The position numbers and the translations under genes are program-made. Source: an uncultured virus (IMG/VR IMGVR_UViG_3300020191_000009) (Duplodnaviria > Heunggongvirae > Uroviricota > Caudoviricetes). Taken from it: DNA of 64,000 nt. The notes below the pieces were generated by a model. That model worked only from the letters and a program-made list of their open reading frames with translations. It was not told where the DNA came from and did no database searches. Below are positions 9,687 to 19,166 of this stretch, piece by piece (within the stretch, counting starts at the first letter, position 1; each line of letters begins with the position of its first letter). The stretch covers positions 1-64,000 of IMG/VR virus record IMGVR_UViG_3300020191_000009. One strand, written 5' to 3'.

Positions 9687-9715
9687 TTGACAATATGGTA
9701 AACTTTTGGTATAAT
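9687..9715 (+). promoter_or_regulatory. Sigma70-type promoter with extended -10
   Basis: TTGACA, 17-nt spacer, (TGG)TATAAT, with an upstream A-tract. Confidence 0.82.
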
Positions 9716-9717
9716 AT

Positions 9718-10122
9718 ATGTTACTTTATGACTTTGAAAAGATAATAGAAACGTGCAATAAAAACGTCAATGATGTATTCGACGTGTTAGATATGTTAAC
9801 GCATAAGACTATACCTAACAATAAATTTGACAGGCTCTACAAATGGGCAAATATAAATTTTAAGGGTCAGTCTTTTATGTTGCACCCTGAAGTAGTATTT
9901 TATAATAGTTATAAGTATACAAAAAAAGAAGTCGTACAGTATTTTGGAATAGCCGCTTTTAGGCTTACTTCATTATACATAGCGCAACAAACCGTTACTA
10001 TTAAAGCAGTAAATCTGCCTCTTGATAGGAATTTATATATAGAAAACAGACTACTTAGTATAGACGATCGTGGCATAGTTCACTTTAAATACGAAGAAGT
10101 TACAAAAAAGGAGATACACTAA
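9718..10122 (+). CDS. Hypothetical protein between D10 and D11
   Basis: 134-aa ORF filling the gap at a T5-syntenic position. Confidence 0.7.
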   Translation: MLLYDFEKIIETCNKNVNDVFDVLDMLTHKTIPNNKFDRLYKWANINFKGQSFMLHPEVVFYNSYKYTKKEVVQYFGIAAFRLTSLYIAQQTVTIKAVNLPLDRNLYIENRLLSIDDRGIVHFKYEEVTKKEIH

Positions 10123-10123
10123 C

Positions 10124-10759
10124 ATGGCAATTTCATTTAACAAGCAAAAAGGTTCCGCACAAAAATCATCAATTTCAAGCTACCAGTATGTAGAAGGGGA
10201 TAATAAACTACGTTTAGTAGGAGATATTCTCGCTAGATACGTGTATTGGGTAAAAGGTGAAAACGATAAAGATATTCCTCTGGAGTGTCTGTCATTTGAC
10301 CGTAACGCAGAAGCTTTTAACAACAAAGAAAAAGATTGGGTTAAAGACTTTTATCCTGACTTAAAGTGCGGCTGGAGCTATGCTACTCAGTGCTTGGTCA
10401 ATGGAGAATTAAAAGTAATTAATCTCAAGAAGAAGCTGTGGGAACAAATTATCACTGTAGCAGAAGACTTAGGCGATCCTACTGATTTTGAAGATGGTTG
10501 GGACATTTGCTTTAAGCGAGTAAAAACAGGCCCCATGCCCTACAATGTAGAGTATCAGTTGCAGCAGATTAAGTGCCAACAAGCTAAGCGCCCCCTAGAT
10601 GATACTGAAAAATCTTTAGTAGCAAATCTTAAGTCAATGGATGATGTTATGCCCCGTCCTACTCCAGATGCGCAGAAAGAGCTTTTAGACAGAATTAATA
10701 ATTCTCGATCAGATACGGGTATAGATGAAAGCATTGAAGACGAGTTTAAAATTGCATGA
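10124..10759 (+). CDS. D11: Single-stranded DNA-binding protein (T5 D11-like)
   Basis: Strong SD AAGGAG; LGDPTD...GWD..FKR.KTGP..YNVEY motif; acidic C-terminal tail; T5 synteny. Confidence 0.85.
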   Translation: MAISFNKQKGSAQKSSISSYQYVEGDNKLRLVGDILARYVYWVKGENDKDIPLECLSFDRNAEAFNNKEKDWVKDFYPDLKCGWSYATQCLVNGELKVINLKKKLWEQIITVAEDLGDPTDFEDGWDICFKRVKTGPMPYNVEYQLQQIKCQQAKRPLDDTEKSLVANLKSMDDVMPRPTPDAQKELLDRINNSRSDTGIDESIEDEFKIA

Positions 10760-11715
10760 TACTGTTTACAGCAGACTGGCATATAAAATTAGGGCAGAAA
10801 AATGTACCTAAAGATTGGGCTTTAAATAGATATAAACTATTTTTCAGTCAAATCTACTCGCTAGAGCTGGAATGTAACATGCACATTATTGGGGGCGATC
10901 TATTTGATCGTCTTCCCAATATGGAAGAACTACAGTTATACTTCAGTTTCATAAAAAATGTAAAAATACCAACAATAATATATGATGGTAACCACGAAGC
11001 TACGAAGAAAAATACTACATTTTTCTCGCAGCTTAAACAAGTATCAAGAGATGTAAACCCATTAGTACAAATAGTAGATATTGCCTATTTTGATGAAAGC
11101 CTAGGTTTTAGTATTCTGCCATATGCAGACTTACATAGACCTGGTAGCATAGAGAGGCTTAATTCAAGATTTCCATTATTTACTCACGTTCGCGGTGAAA
11201 TACCTCCCCATGTTAAGCCAGAGGTGGACTTACAGAGGTTAGAGGATTTTCCTGTTGTATTTGCGGGAGACCTACACGCTCATAGTAATACTCAGAAAAA
11301 TATAGTATACCCAGGTAGTCCAATGACTACATCTTTTCATAGAAATAAAGTATCAACGGGTTATATTGTTATTAATGAGAGTGACTGGAGCTGGAGGTGG
11401 GATCCCTTTGATCTTCCTCAGTTGCTTAGAAAAACAGTTTTAACTGAAGAAGAGATGATTTCCTCTGAGTATGACCATACAATTTATGAGATAGAGGGAG
11501 ACATACAACAACTTGCAGACATAAAAAACTCAGAACTTTTAGACAAAAAAATTGTTAAAAGAAATTCTGAGGCAGCACTTATAATGGATAAAGATATGTC
11601 TATTTCAGAAGAACTTATGGAGTATCTACTCTATATACTAGAAATAGATCAATCAAACGTATCAAATATAGTAGGATTATTTAATGATTACGCTGCAAAA
11701 GTTGAAGTGGAGTAA
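10756..11715 (+). CDS. D12: SbcD/Mre11-like nuclease (T5 D12)
   Basis: Metallophosphoesterase motifs ADWH, GGDLFD, GNHE, GDLH, YPGSP. Confidence 0.93.
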   Translation: MILFTADWHIKLGQKNVPKDWALNRYKLFFSQIYSLELECNMHIIGGDLFDRLPNMEELQLYFSFIKNVKIPTIIYDGNHEATKKNTTFFSQLKQVSRDVNPLVQIVDIAYFDESLGFSILPYADLHRPGSIERLNSRFPLFTHVRGEIPPHVKPEVDLQRLEDFPVVFAGDLHAHSNTQKNIVYPGSPMTTSFHRNKVSTGYIVINESDWSWRWDPFDLPQLLRKTVLTEEEMISSEYDHTIYEIEGDIQQLADIKNSELLDKKIVKRNSEAALIMDKDMSISEELMEYLLYILEIDQSNVSNIVGLFNDYAAKVEVE

Positions 11716-13480
11716 CTGTTTTAGTTACGGAAAAGACAATGAGCTAATTCTAACAGAGAGTCCAGTTACTCAAATAGTTGGAACTAATGGTATGGGCAAA
11801 TCGTCCATACCATTAATTATTGAAGAAGCTCTTTATAATAAAAACTCTAAAGGCATTAAAAAAGCTGATATACCTAATAGATATACCAATAGTGGATATT
11901 CTATAGAACTAGATTTTAGTAAAGACGGTACACAATACAAGGTATGTGTAGACAGAAAAACTTCTATTAAAATTGTTCTTACAAAAAACGGAGAAGATAT
12001 TAGTAGCCATACAGCTACTAATACTTACAAAACTCTTCAGGGAATCCTTGGAGTAGATTTTAAGACTTTCTCTCAGCTAGTATATCAAAATACTAATGCA
12101 AGTTTACAGTTTCTTACTGCGACAGATACCAATAGGAAGAAGTTTCTTATTGACTTGTTGCACCTAGAAATTTATGTTAATTATTTTGATATTTTTAAAG
12201 AGGCTTGTCGTGAATGTGTAGCTAATTTGACTACAATTGAAGCTAAAGTAGCTACAATTGAAAAGTGGTTATCAAACAATAAATTGGAGGATACTACCCT
12301 ACTTCCAATGTTAGATTTACAAATTTCTACGGAAGATGACGAAAAGGAGTTACGCTTTCTTACGAAAGAAATAGAAAATATTTCCGAAAATAATAATAAA
12401 ATTTTAAAGAATATTCAATATAAAGAACTGCTCAGTAAGATAAATATAGTTGAGGTACAAAAGATAGAGGCAAAGGAGACGCTGTCTTATGATAGTTTAC
12501 AGGAGTCTATGGGGACTATTTCCGGTAAACTCCAGGCTTCTAAAAAGTTATTGCAAAAAATGCAGTCTCTCGGCAATAATTGTCCTACATGTGAGCAAGA
12601 GATAGACGCAGAATTTAAAGCACATATAATACATGGCGAAGAGCGTCTAGTGGAGATTTTAAATGAAGAAGCTACAAACATTGAAACAAAAATTGAAGAT
12701 GTTAAAAGAAACAATAGAGACTTCTCTAGGAAAGCTAAAATTCAAAGAGAGTGGGAAGAAATTTATCGTTCAATCGATAAAGATTTACCAACATCTATTG
12801 TGGATGGCAAAGAGCTTGAAGATCGCATCAACAGCGTTCGCGGACGCTTGGGAGCAGCAAGAACTGAGCTGGAAAAAACAGCAAGAGAAAATGAAAGAAG
12901 AACTCGCCAAAACACTAAAATAGAAGTTATACTAGAGCAGACTCAGGAAATGCAAGCTGAGTTAACTGAGTTAAAAACTAATTTAAAGACTCAAGTAGAA
13001 GTTTCTTCTAATCTAGAAGTATTGAAAAAAGCTTTTAGCACTAATGGCCTAGTAGCTTATAAGATAGAAAATTTAGTAAAAGAACTTGAAGACTTGACTA
13101 ATATGTATTTGGCGGAACTTTCTGACGGTAAGTTTACCTTAGAGTTTGTAGTACAGAACGATAAGTTAAATGTAGAAGTGACGGATAATGGTAATGTAGT
13201 TGATATACAAGCACTTTCGTCAGGAGAGCTGGCTAGGGTAAACACAGCCACTCTAATAGCCATAAGAAAGTTAATGAGTAGTATATCAAAATCAAGAATA
13301 AATATACTATTCTTGGATGAAGTCATAAATGTATTAGATGAAACAGGTAGAGAAAAGTTGGTAGAAGTGCTTCTTGAAGAACCATTAAATACTTATATAG
13401 TAAGCCATGGGTGGACTCACCCATTACTAGAAAAAGTAGAAGTAGTAAAAGATAATAATATCAGTAGATTGGAGAAATAA
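11684..13480 (+). CDS. D13: SbcC/Rad50-like ATPase (T5 D13)
   Basis: Walker A GTNGMGKS, coiled coil with CPTC zinc hook, LSSGE signature, FLDEV, VSH. Confidence 0.95.
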   Translation: MITLQKLKWSNCFSYGKDNELILTESPVTQIVGTNGMGKSSIPLIIEEALYNKNSKGIKKADIPNRYTNSGYSIELDFSKDGTQYKVCVDRKTSIKIVLTKNGEDISSHTATNTYKTLQGILGVDFKTFSQLVYQNTNASLQFLTATDTNRKKFLIDLLHLEIYVNYFDIFKEACRECVANLTTIEAKVATIEKWLSNNKLEDTTLLPMLDLQISTEDDEKELRFLTKEIENISENNNKILKNIQYKELLSKINIVEVQKIEAKETLSYDSLQESMGTISGKLQASKKLLQKMQSLGNNCPTCEQEIDAEFKAHIIHGEERLVEILNEEATNIETKIEDVKRNNRDFSRKAKIQREWEEIYRSIDKDLPTSIVDGKELEDRINSVRGRLGAARTELEKTARENERRTRQNTKIEVILEQTQEMQAELTELKTNLKTQVEVSSNLEVLKKAFSTNGLVAYKIENLVKELEDLTNMYLAELSDGKFTLEFVVQNDKLNVEVTDNGNVVDIQALSSGELARVNTATLIAIRKLMSSISKSRINILFLDEVINVLDETGREKLVEVLLEEPLNTYIVSHGWTHPLLEKVEVVKDNNISRLEK

Positions 13481-13481
13481 A

Positions 13482-13697
13482 ATGCACCAAGAAGTTATAT
13501 TGGACGCTCTATCTCATAAATTTGAAGGAGAGATAGCGTACCATAAAGCAAATATTTTAGTATACTTAAATAATCCTGTAGGGATTGGGGAGCACCCAGA
13601 TGTGTTGGGAGCTATAGAGACTGAAATACAAAAAATGGCAGAGTGCCAAGAAAAGCTAGAAGTTGTAAATCAGTTTTATGAAATGATGTTAACATAA
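13482..13697 (+). CDS. Small hypothetical protein (NPVGIGEH motif)
   Basis: SD GGAG; TAATG coupling to the next gene; helical hairpin-like sequence. Confidence 0.75.
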   Translation: MHQEVILDALSHKFEGEIAYHKANILVYLNNPVGIGEHPDVLGAIETEIQKMAECQEKLEVVNQFYEMMLT

Positions 13698-14134
13698 TGG
13701 TAGATAGCAGGGCTAAAGGTGCAAGAGGAGAGTACCTCGTTAGAGATATGCTGAGGGAATGTACCGATCTTAAATTTGAGAGAGTACCAAACTCAGGCGC
13801 TTTGGAGTACTTAAAGGGGGATCTATATATACCCCACGAAAAGAATAGATTCTGTATAGAAGTAAAAAACTATGCAGAATCCCCTCTTACTGATAAGGTT
13901 TTTACTGCAAGAAAAACAAACAATCTTGTTAGATGGTGGGTAAAACTTTTACAACAAGCTGCGGGAGGTGATCAAGAACCTCTGTTGTTTTTCAAGTATA
14001 ATAGATCCCCTGTGTTTGTAGTAACCGCAGAAAAGCCTGTAAATACTATCGATTATATGTATATTAATTTTTTGGGTTGCTATATACTATTAGCCGATGA
14101 GTGGTTAGAAAAAGAAGAAATAAGGTTTATATAA
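13697..14134 (+). CDS. D14: Holliday junction resolvase-like nuclease (T5 D14)
   Basis: SRAKGARGE...GD...IEVK PD-(D/E)xK pattern; T5 synteny. Confidence 0.88.
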   Translation: MVDSRAKGARGEYLVRDMLRECTDLKFERVPNSGALEYLKGDLYIPHEKNRFCIEVKNYAESPLTDKVFTARKTNNLVRWWVKLLQQAAGGDQEPLLFFKYNRSPVFVVTAEKPVNTIDYMYINFLGCYILLADEWLEKEEIRFI

Positions 14135-14976
14135 TGGCATTTAATTTTAAAGATACTGTAGAAAAACCTGCAGCGGGGTCAACACTAGTAGTTGACTCTT
14201 TAAATCTAGCCTTTAGATGGAAACATCAAGGTCGATCTGATTTTAGATATGATTATGTTCAGACTGTAGAAAGTCTAGCAAAGTCTTATAAATGTGCAGA
14301 TATTATTATAACTGCGGATTGGGGTTCTTCATCTTATAGAAAGATGATCTTGCCCGAGTATAAGATGAACAGAAAAGAAAAATTTGCAGATCAAACAGAA
14401 GCAGAGAAACTTGCTTTTGAGGAGTTTTTTGAGGAGTATGAAGCAACTCTTGAAACTTTAAGTGAAAAATACCCTATTTTACGCTATGAGGGAGTCGAAG
14501 CAGATGATATAGCAGCTCACTTAGTAAAAAATAAAGATAAATACAATTTAGATAACATCTGGCTAGTCTCTAGCGACAGGGATTGGGACCTTCTTATAGG
14601 CAGTAATGTATCTAGATTTTCATATGTTACCAGAAAAGAAGTAACATTAGATAACTGGGGGGAGCATTATGATTGTAAACCTGAGGAATATATTTCTTTA
14701 AAGTGTTTAACTGGGGATAAAGGTGACAATGTACCAGGAATTCCTGGTATTGGCCCAAAAAGAGGGATAGGACTTATAGAAGAGTTTGGAAGTGCTTTAA
14801 ATATTTATGACGCGTGCCCCATTCCGGGTAGCTATAAATATATTCAGTCACTTAATGAAAATTATGAACAAATTTTACTAAATTATGAACTAATGGACTT
14901 ATTAACATATTGTGATGATGCTATTGGAACAGACAATTTAAGGGATATTGGAAGGAGAGTAGCAGTCAATGCCTAA
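14134..14976 (+). CDS. D15: 5'-3' exonuclease / flap endonuclease (T5 D15)
   Basis: VDSLNL, YKMNR, EADD, SSDRDW, GDKGDNVPGIPGIGPK. The ATG at 14134 (TAATG overlap with D14) is preferred over the tracked GTG at 14101. Confidence 0.95.
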   Translation: MAFNFKDTVEKPAAGSTLVVDSLNLAFRWKHQGRSDFRYDYVQTVESLAKSYKCADIIITADWGSSSYRKMILPEYKMNRKEKFADQTEAEKLAFEEFFEEYEATLETLSEKYPILRYEGVEADDIAAHLVKNKDKYNLDNIWLVSSDRDWDLLIGSNVSRFSYVTRKEVTLDNWGEHYDCKPEEYISLKCLTGDKGDNVPGIPGIGPKRGIGLIEEFGSALNIYDACPIPGSYKYIQSLNENYEQILLNYELMDLLTYCDDAIGTDNLRDIGRRVAVNA

Positions 14977-16753
14977 GTACAATATAAATATTAACTATAA
15001 AAGAGACAACTATCTATCCGAGTTTAGTTTAAAAACACTAGAAGATAGATATATGATTGAGGGCGAGACTTCTCCACAAGATTCTTTCGCCAGAGCTGCT
15101 TGTGCTTTTGCTGACGATAAGGAGCACGCACAGAGATTATATGACTACGCTAGTAAGCTGTGGTTTATGTTCTCTACTCCGCTTCTATCTAATGGAGGTA
15201 CAAAGAGAGGGCTACCAATTAGTTGTTTTTTAAATTATGTGGATGATAGTAGGGAAGGTATAACAGACCATTATACTGAAAATGCTTTCTTATCGTCAGT
15301 CGGTGGCGGGGTCGGAGGTTGTTGGACCGGGGTTCGGAGTGTCGGCTCGAAAACGAGCAATGGCTCCGAAAGTACGGGTGTAATTCCTTTTCTAAAAGTT
15401 GTTGATGCTGAGATGCTTGCTTTCTCTCAGGGCGTAACACGTCGTGGAAGCTATGCAGCATACCTTGATATTTCTCACCCTGAAGTAGAAGAATTTTTGG
15501 ATGTTCGTAAACCTACGGGTGGAGACATTAATCGTAAATCTACCAATCTTCATCATGGTATTATGGTTGGGGATGATTTTATGCAACTCATCGAAGGTGC
15601 TACACGGGAGCCTGGGTTTGATGACTCATGGCCCCTAATTGATCCACACTCAGGAGAAGTTAAGAAAGTTGTATCTGCAAAAACACTGTGGGTAAAATTA
15701 ATTCAAAATCGCGTAGAGACAGGAGAGCCCTATATTGTGTTTCGGGATACAGTCGATAAAGCAGTACCTGAGTTTCAACAAAAACTTGGGTTACGAGTGC
15801 ATCAATCTAATCTATGCTCGGAAATTACTTTACCTACAAATGAAGAGAGAACAGCAGTATGTTGTCTATCAAGTGTAAATCTGGAAGAATTTGACGAGTG
15901 GAAAAACAACGACCAATTTATACCAGACTTAGTAAGAATGCTCGATAATGTTCTCACCCACTTTATTAAGAGCGCTCCTCCACAGCTATGGAAAGCGTCC
16001 TTTAGTGCGGAAAATGAAAGAAGTATTGGCCTAGGTGCTATGGGGTTTCATGCCTACTTACAAAGGCAGAATATACCTTTTGAAAGCGCAATGGCAAAAG
16101 GAAAGAACATGACTATGTTCAAGAGAATTAAAGAAGAGGCTGTAAATGAAACAAAACGACTCGCCATCGAACGAGGAGAGTGTCCTGATGGAGAGGGCCA
16201 TGGTGTCCGTAATGCACATCTGCTGGCCGTTGCTCCTAATGCCTCTAGTAGTATTATATGTGGGAATACATCTCCTTCTATTGAGCCATATCGTGCTAAT
16301 GCTTTTACTCAAAAAACTAAAAGCGGTAGCAGTTTACTTAAAAACGAATATCTTGAAAATCTTCTACAAGAGCTAAATCAAGATACTGAAGAAGTTTGGA
16401 AAAGTATTACTACGAACGGAGGCTCTGTGCAGCATCTAGAATTTCTAGATGATTGGACTAAAGATGTTTTTAAAACAGCAGTAGAGATAGACCAGAAGTG
16501 GATTATTGATCTTGCAGCCGATAGGCAGGAGTTTATATGTCAGAGTCAGTCATTAAACGTATTCTTTCCTGCAAATGTATCCAAGCAAGAACTACACGCT
16601 ATTCATATGATGGCATGGAAAAGAGGTGTAAAGACTCTTTACTATCTCAGAAGTGAAGCGTACAAAAGAGCAGAAAATGTATCTGATGAGGCTCTTCGTC
16701 AGTATATATTTGATAGCTTAGATGATGAAGGATGTCTAGCTTGTGAGGGCTAA
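14969..16753 (+). CDS. nrdA: Class Ia ribonucleotide reductase alpha subunit (no N-terminal ATP cone evident)
   Basis: ISCF, QSNLCSEI, APNASSS, TLYYLR and C-terminal CLAC. Confidence 0.96.
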   Translation: MPKYNININYKRDNYLSEFSLKTLEDRYMIEGETSPQDSFARAACAFADDKEHAQRLYDYASKLWFMFSTPLLSNGGTKRGLPISCFLNYVDDSREGITDHYTENAFLSSVGGGVGGCWTGVRSVGSKTSNGSESTGVIPFLKVVDAEMLAFSQGVTRRGSYAAYLDISHPEVEEFLDVRKPTGGDINRKSTNLHHGIMVGDDFMQLIEGATREPGFDDSWPLIDPHSGEVKKVVSAKTLWVKLIQNRVETGEPYIVFRDTVDKAVPEFQQKLGLRVHQSNLCSEITLPTNEERTAVCCLSSVNLEEFDEWKNNDQFIPDLVRMLDNVLTHFIKSAPPQLWKASFSAENERSIGLGAMGFHAYLQRQNIPFESAMAKGKNMTMFKRIKEEAVNETKRLAIERGECPDGEGHGVRNAHLLAVAPNASSSIICGNTSPSIEPYRANAFTQKTKSGSSLLKNEYLENLLQELNQDTEEVWKSITTNGGSVQHLEFLDDWTKDVFKTAVEIDQKWIIDLAADRQEFICQSQSLNVFFPANVSKQELHAIHMMAWKRGVKTLYYLRSEAYKRAENVSDEALRQYIFDSLDDEGCLACEG

Positions 16754-16907
16754 GGCTTGGATTATCTGGAAGTATACAATAGGAAGTTTCTCGGATGAAA
16801 AAACAGAGGAATATGATAATATAGTAGCTATAATAAGAACAGCTATTGTATTTGTAAATTTTTTAACGTGTTTTTTCATCATGACAAATGTAGTACACAA
16901 CTGGTAA
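16743..16907 (+). CDS. Small putative membrane protein (54 aa), not in the ORF track
   Basis: GTG..TAA frame read manually: (V)RAKAWIIWKYTIGSFSDEKTEEYDNIVAIIRTAIVFVNFLTCFFIMTNVVHNW. Hydrophobic C-terminal half; fills the nrdA-nrdB gap. Confidence 0.65.
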   Translation: MRAKAWIIWKYTIGSFSDEKTEEYDNIVAIIRTAIVFVNFLTCFFIMTNVVHNW

Positions 16908-16924
16908 CAGTTTAGGAGAATATA

Positions 16925-17884
16925 ATGAGTTTATTAGAAGAAAGGTCTTATTATAAGCCTTTTAATTATCCTTGGGCATTTGAGCACTATAAAACTCAAC
17001 AGCACATGCATTGGTTGCCGGATGAAGTCAACTTAGCCGATGATTTAAAAGATTATAGAGAAAAATTACCTGTTGAAAGTAGAAAACTTATTAATCAAAT
17101 TTTTAGGTTTTTCACCCAGGCAGATGTTGATGTATGTTGTGGATATGCAAAGCATTATCTACCTACATTTAAACAACCCGAAGTACGAATGATGCTATCA
17201 GCTTTTGCAGCTATGGAAGCGGTTCATCAAGAAGCATATTCTTTGCTTCTTGAAACTCTAGGTTTCGGAGACGACGAATACCAAAAGTTTTTTGAACATA
17301 AAGCTATGCTGGACAAGCATGAACATCTAAGTAACTTCGGAATGGATACCCCTATAGATATTGCTAAAACAATGGCTATCTACTCAGGGTTTACCGAGGG
17401 AGTTCAGTTATTTAGTAGTTTTGCTATTTTGCTAAACTTTCCTCGCCATAACTTAATGAAAGGCATGGGACAAATTGTAACATGGTCAATACGAGATGAA
17501 ACTCTTCATGTAGAAGGAATGTCTCAGTTGTTTAGAACTTTCATTCAAGAAAACCCAGACTTATGGAATGATGATTTAAAATATGAAATTTATTGTGCAG
17601 CAGAGCGCACAGTAGATCTAGAAGACGCTTTTATTGACTTGTGTTTTGAAGACGCGGTAGTCCCAGGCCTAACACCGGACGAAGTAAAAAGCTATATTCG
17701 ATATATTGCAGATCGTAGACTATTAGGTTTGGGTATGAAAAAAATCTTTTCCAGCAAAGATAATCCTTTACCCTGGTTAGATTTTATGTTAAACGGAGTT
17801 GAGCATGCTAATTTCTTTGAGAATAGAGCAACAGAGTACTCTAGAGCAAGCACAACTGGAAACTGGCAAGACATTTTTAAATAA
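16925..17884 (+). CDS. nrdB: Class Ia ribonucleotide reductase beta subunit
   Basis: SD AGGAG; di-metal ligands D (QADVDV), EAVH, EGVQLF, DETLH; radical Tyr (QEAYS); NFFENRATEY tail. Confidence 0.96.
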   Translation: MSLLEERSYYKPFNYPWAFEHYKTQQHMHWLPDEVNLADDLKDYREKLPVESRKLINQIFRFFTQADVDVCCGYAKHYLPTFKQPEVRMMLSAFAAMEAVHQEAYSLLLETLGFGDDEYQKFFEHKAMLDKHEHLSNFGMDTPIDIAKTMAIYSGFTEGVQLFSSFAILLNFPRHNLMKGMGQIVTWSIRDETLHVEGMSQLFRTFIQENPDLWNDDLKYEIYCAAERTVDLEDAFIDLCFEDAVVPGLTPDEVKSYIRYIADRRLLGLGMKKIFSSKDNPLPWLDFMLNGVEHANFFENRATEYSRASTTGNWQDIFK

Positions 17885-17893
17885 GGAAAAAAT

Positions 17894-18163
17894 ATGACAG
17901 ATCTACAAGCGGTACCTAAAGTACCAGAAGGGGAAGAGCCAGAATCAATTAATATTGATGGAACTCCCCATAAAATCGCAGATTTATCAGAGTTGGCTAA
18001 GTATTACATTAGTCACCTGCAATCTGTTGCCGCTAAAATTCAGAACTTAAAGTTTGAAATTACTCAATATGAAGTAACAAATAATGGGTTTATGGAGCTA
18101 CTCCGAAAGGAGATTGCGGAACCAAAAACAGAAGAAGCCCCTCCAGAGGCTGTTGTTAATTAA
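17894..18163 (+). CDS. Hypothetical protein (INIDG motif plus coiled coil)
   Basis: SD AAGGA; last + strand gene before the terminator. Confidence 0.7.
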   Translation: MTDLQAVPKVPEGEEPESINIDGTPHKIADLSELAKYYISHLQSVAAKIQNLKFEITQYEVTNNGFMELLRKEIAEPKTEEAPPEAVVN

Positions 18164-18166
18164 ACT

Positions 18167-18190
18167 AAAGGGGCGCAAGCCCCTTTTTTA
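18167..18190. terminator. Bidirectional intrinsic terminator between the convergent replication and morphogenesis blocks
   Basis: AAAGGGGC-GCAA-GCCCCTTT hairpin with a GNRA loop and a T-tract. Confidence 0.9.
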
Positions 18191-18191
18191 A

Positions 18192-19166
18192 TTATGTATA
18201 AAAAGCATTTCTATATCTTCCTAAATCCCAAGGATCTATAGTAGTTCCAACTGGGTCAAAGCCCATAGGTCTAGCCGTAGCAGCTGTCTCATTTTCTCCT
18301 ATATAGATTTCACCAAATTCACAATCTTCTTGAGAAAAAGCCGCAAAACCATAAGGAGCTGCAGGATACCAAACACTGCTACTATTTACTGTGAAAGATA
18401 TTTCGTCACCTAAAGTAGAGGAGTTCATAGCGGTGGATCTACAAGTAAAAGTACGACTTAAATTACCCATTCCATCATCATCTATAGAACTAATAACCTC
18501 AATAACAGTACCATTAGTGTAATTCGACCAAGAACTCGGGGTGGCGTAGTTATAAGTACCCACAGCCTTAGCACTATACCCACTAGAACTCCCTCTGAAA
18601 TTTTCAACAATAGACCAGGCATCTAATCCTCCCAGATCGCTATTAGACCTCTGAGCATAAAGAGTATATTCAGTAGTACCATCAGTTCTCCATGCAAGAA
18701 TAACCCCTATAGAATCGTTATCGCTGGAAGTTGAAGTTATCTTAGTTCGTATATAATACTTTTGCTGTGCCTGACTATCAGGAGATACAAAACCTATTAG
18801 GCCAGCGCTATTTGTAGGTTGAGTAATTCCAATACCACTTGGAGCGGCATCCCAACCGCTTGCTTGGCCAACTAAACTAGGGTCTGAACTAAAAGCAGAT
18901 TGATAACTACCAGTACGATGATCAAATCTTCTCCAATTATTAACCATATCCGACGTTCCAGCTGCAGTCAAAGAGCCTCCTGCATAATAATAATCGGGTG
19001 TAAGATTTATGCCCCTTCTAATATGTGGGAATACACCTCCTTCTATATCAAATCCTGAACTAATAGCGGCATCATAAGTTGCCCCTCGGGTTATATTGTA
19101 AATACCTCTTAGGTTTAAGTCAACGCTGTCCGATCCATTTCCACTAGTCTTCGGTATATTCGGCAT
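18192..19166 (-). CDS. Putative receptor-binding / fibre-tip adhesin with a lectin-like (TSP C-terminal-like) domain
   Basis: Lies directly downstream of the S74-capped fibre; S/G/T/W-rich beta sequence; DNDSIGVILAW resembles the DDD-x-G-F motif of TSP C-terminal L-lectin domains. Confidence 0.55.
   Translation of the reverse strand: MPNIPKTSGNGSDSVDLNLRGIYNITRGATYDAAISSGFDIEGGVFPHIRRGINLTPDYYYAGGSLTAAGTSDMVNNWRRFDHRTGSYQSAFSSDPSLVGQASGWDAAPSGIGITQPTNSAGLIGFVSPDSQAQQKYYIRTKITSTSSDNDSIGVILAWRTDGTTEYTLYAQRSNSDLGGLDAWSIVENFRGSSSGYSAKAVGTYNYATPSSWSNYTNGTVIEVISSIDDDGMGNLSRTFTCRSTAMNSSTLGDEISFTVNSSSVWYPAAPYGFAAFSQEDCEFGEIYIGENETAATARPMGFDPVGTTIDPWDLGRYRNAFYT

Noticed and set aside
4938..17884. Inteins or group I introns in pol, helicases or nrdAB
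   Set aside because: Proteins are of normal or compact length with contiguous motifs, and no splice-junction or LAGLIDADG signatures were seen.
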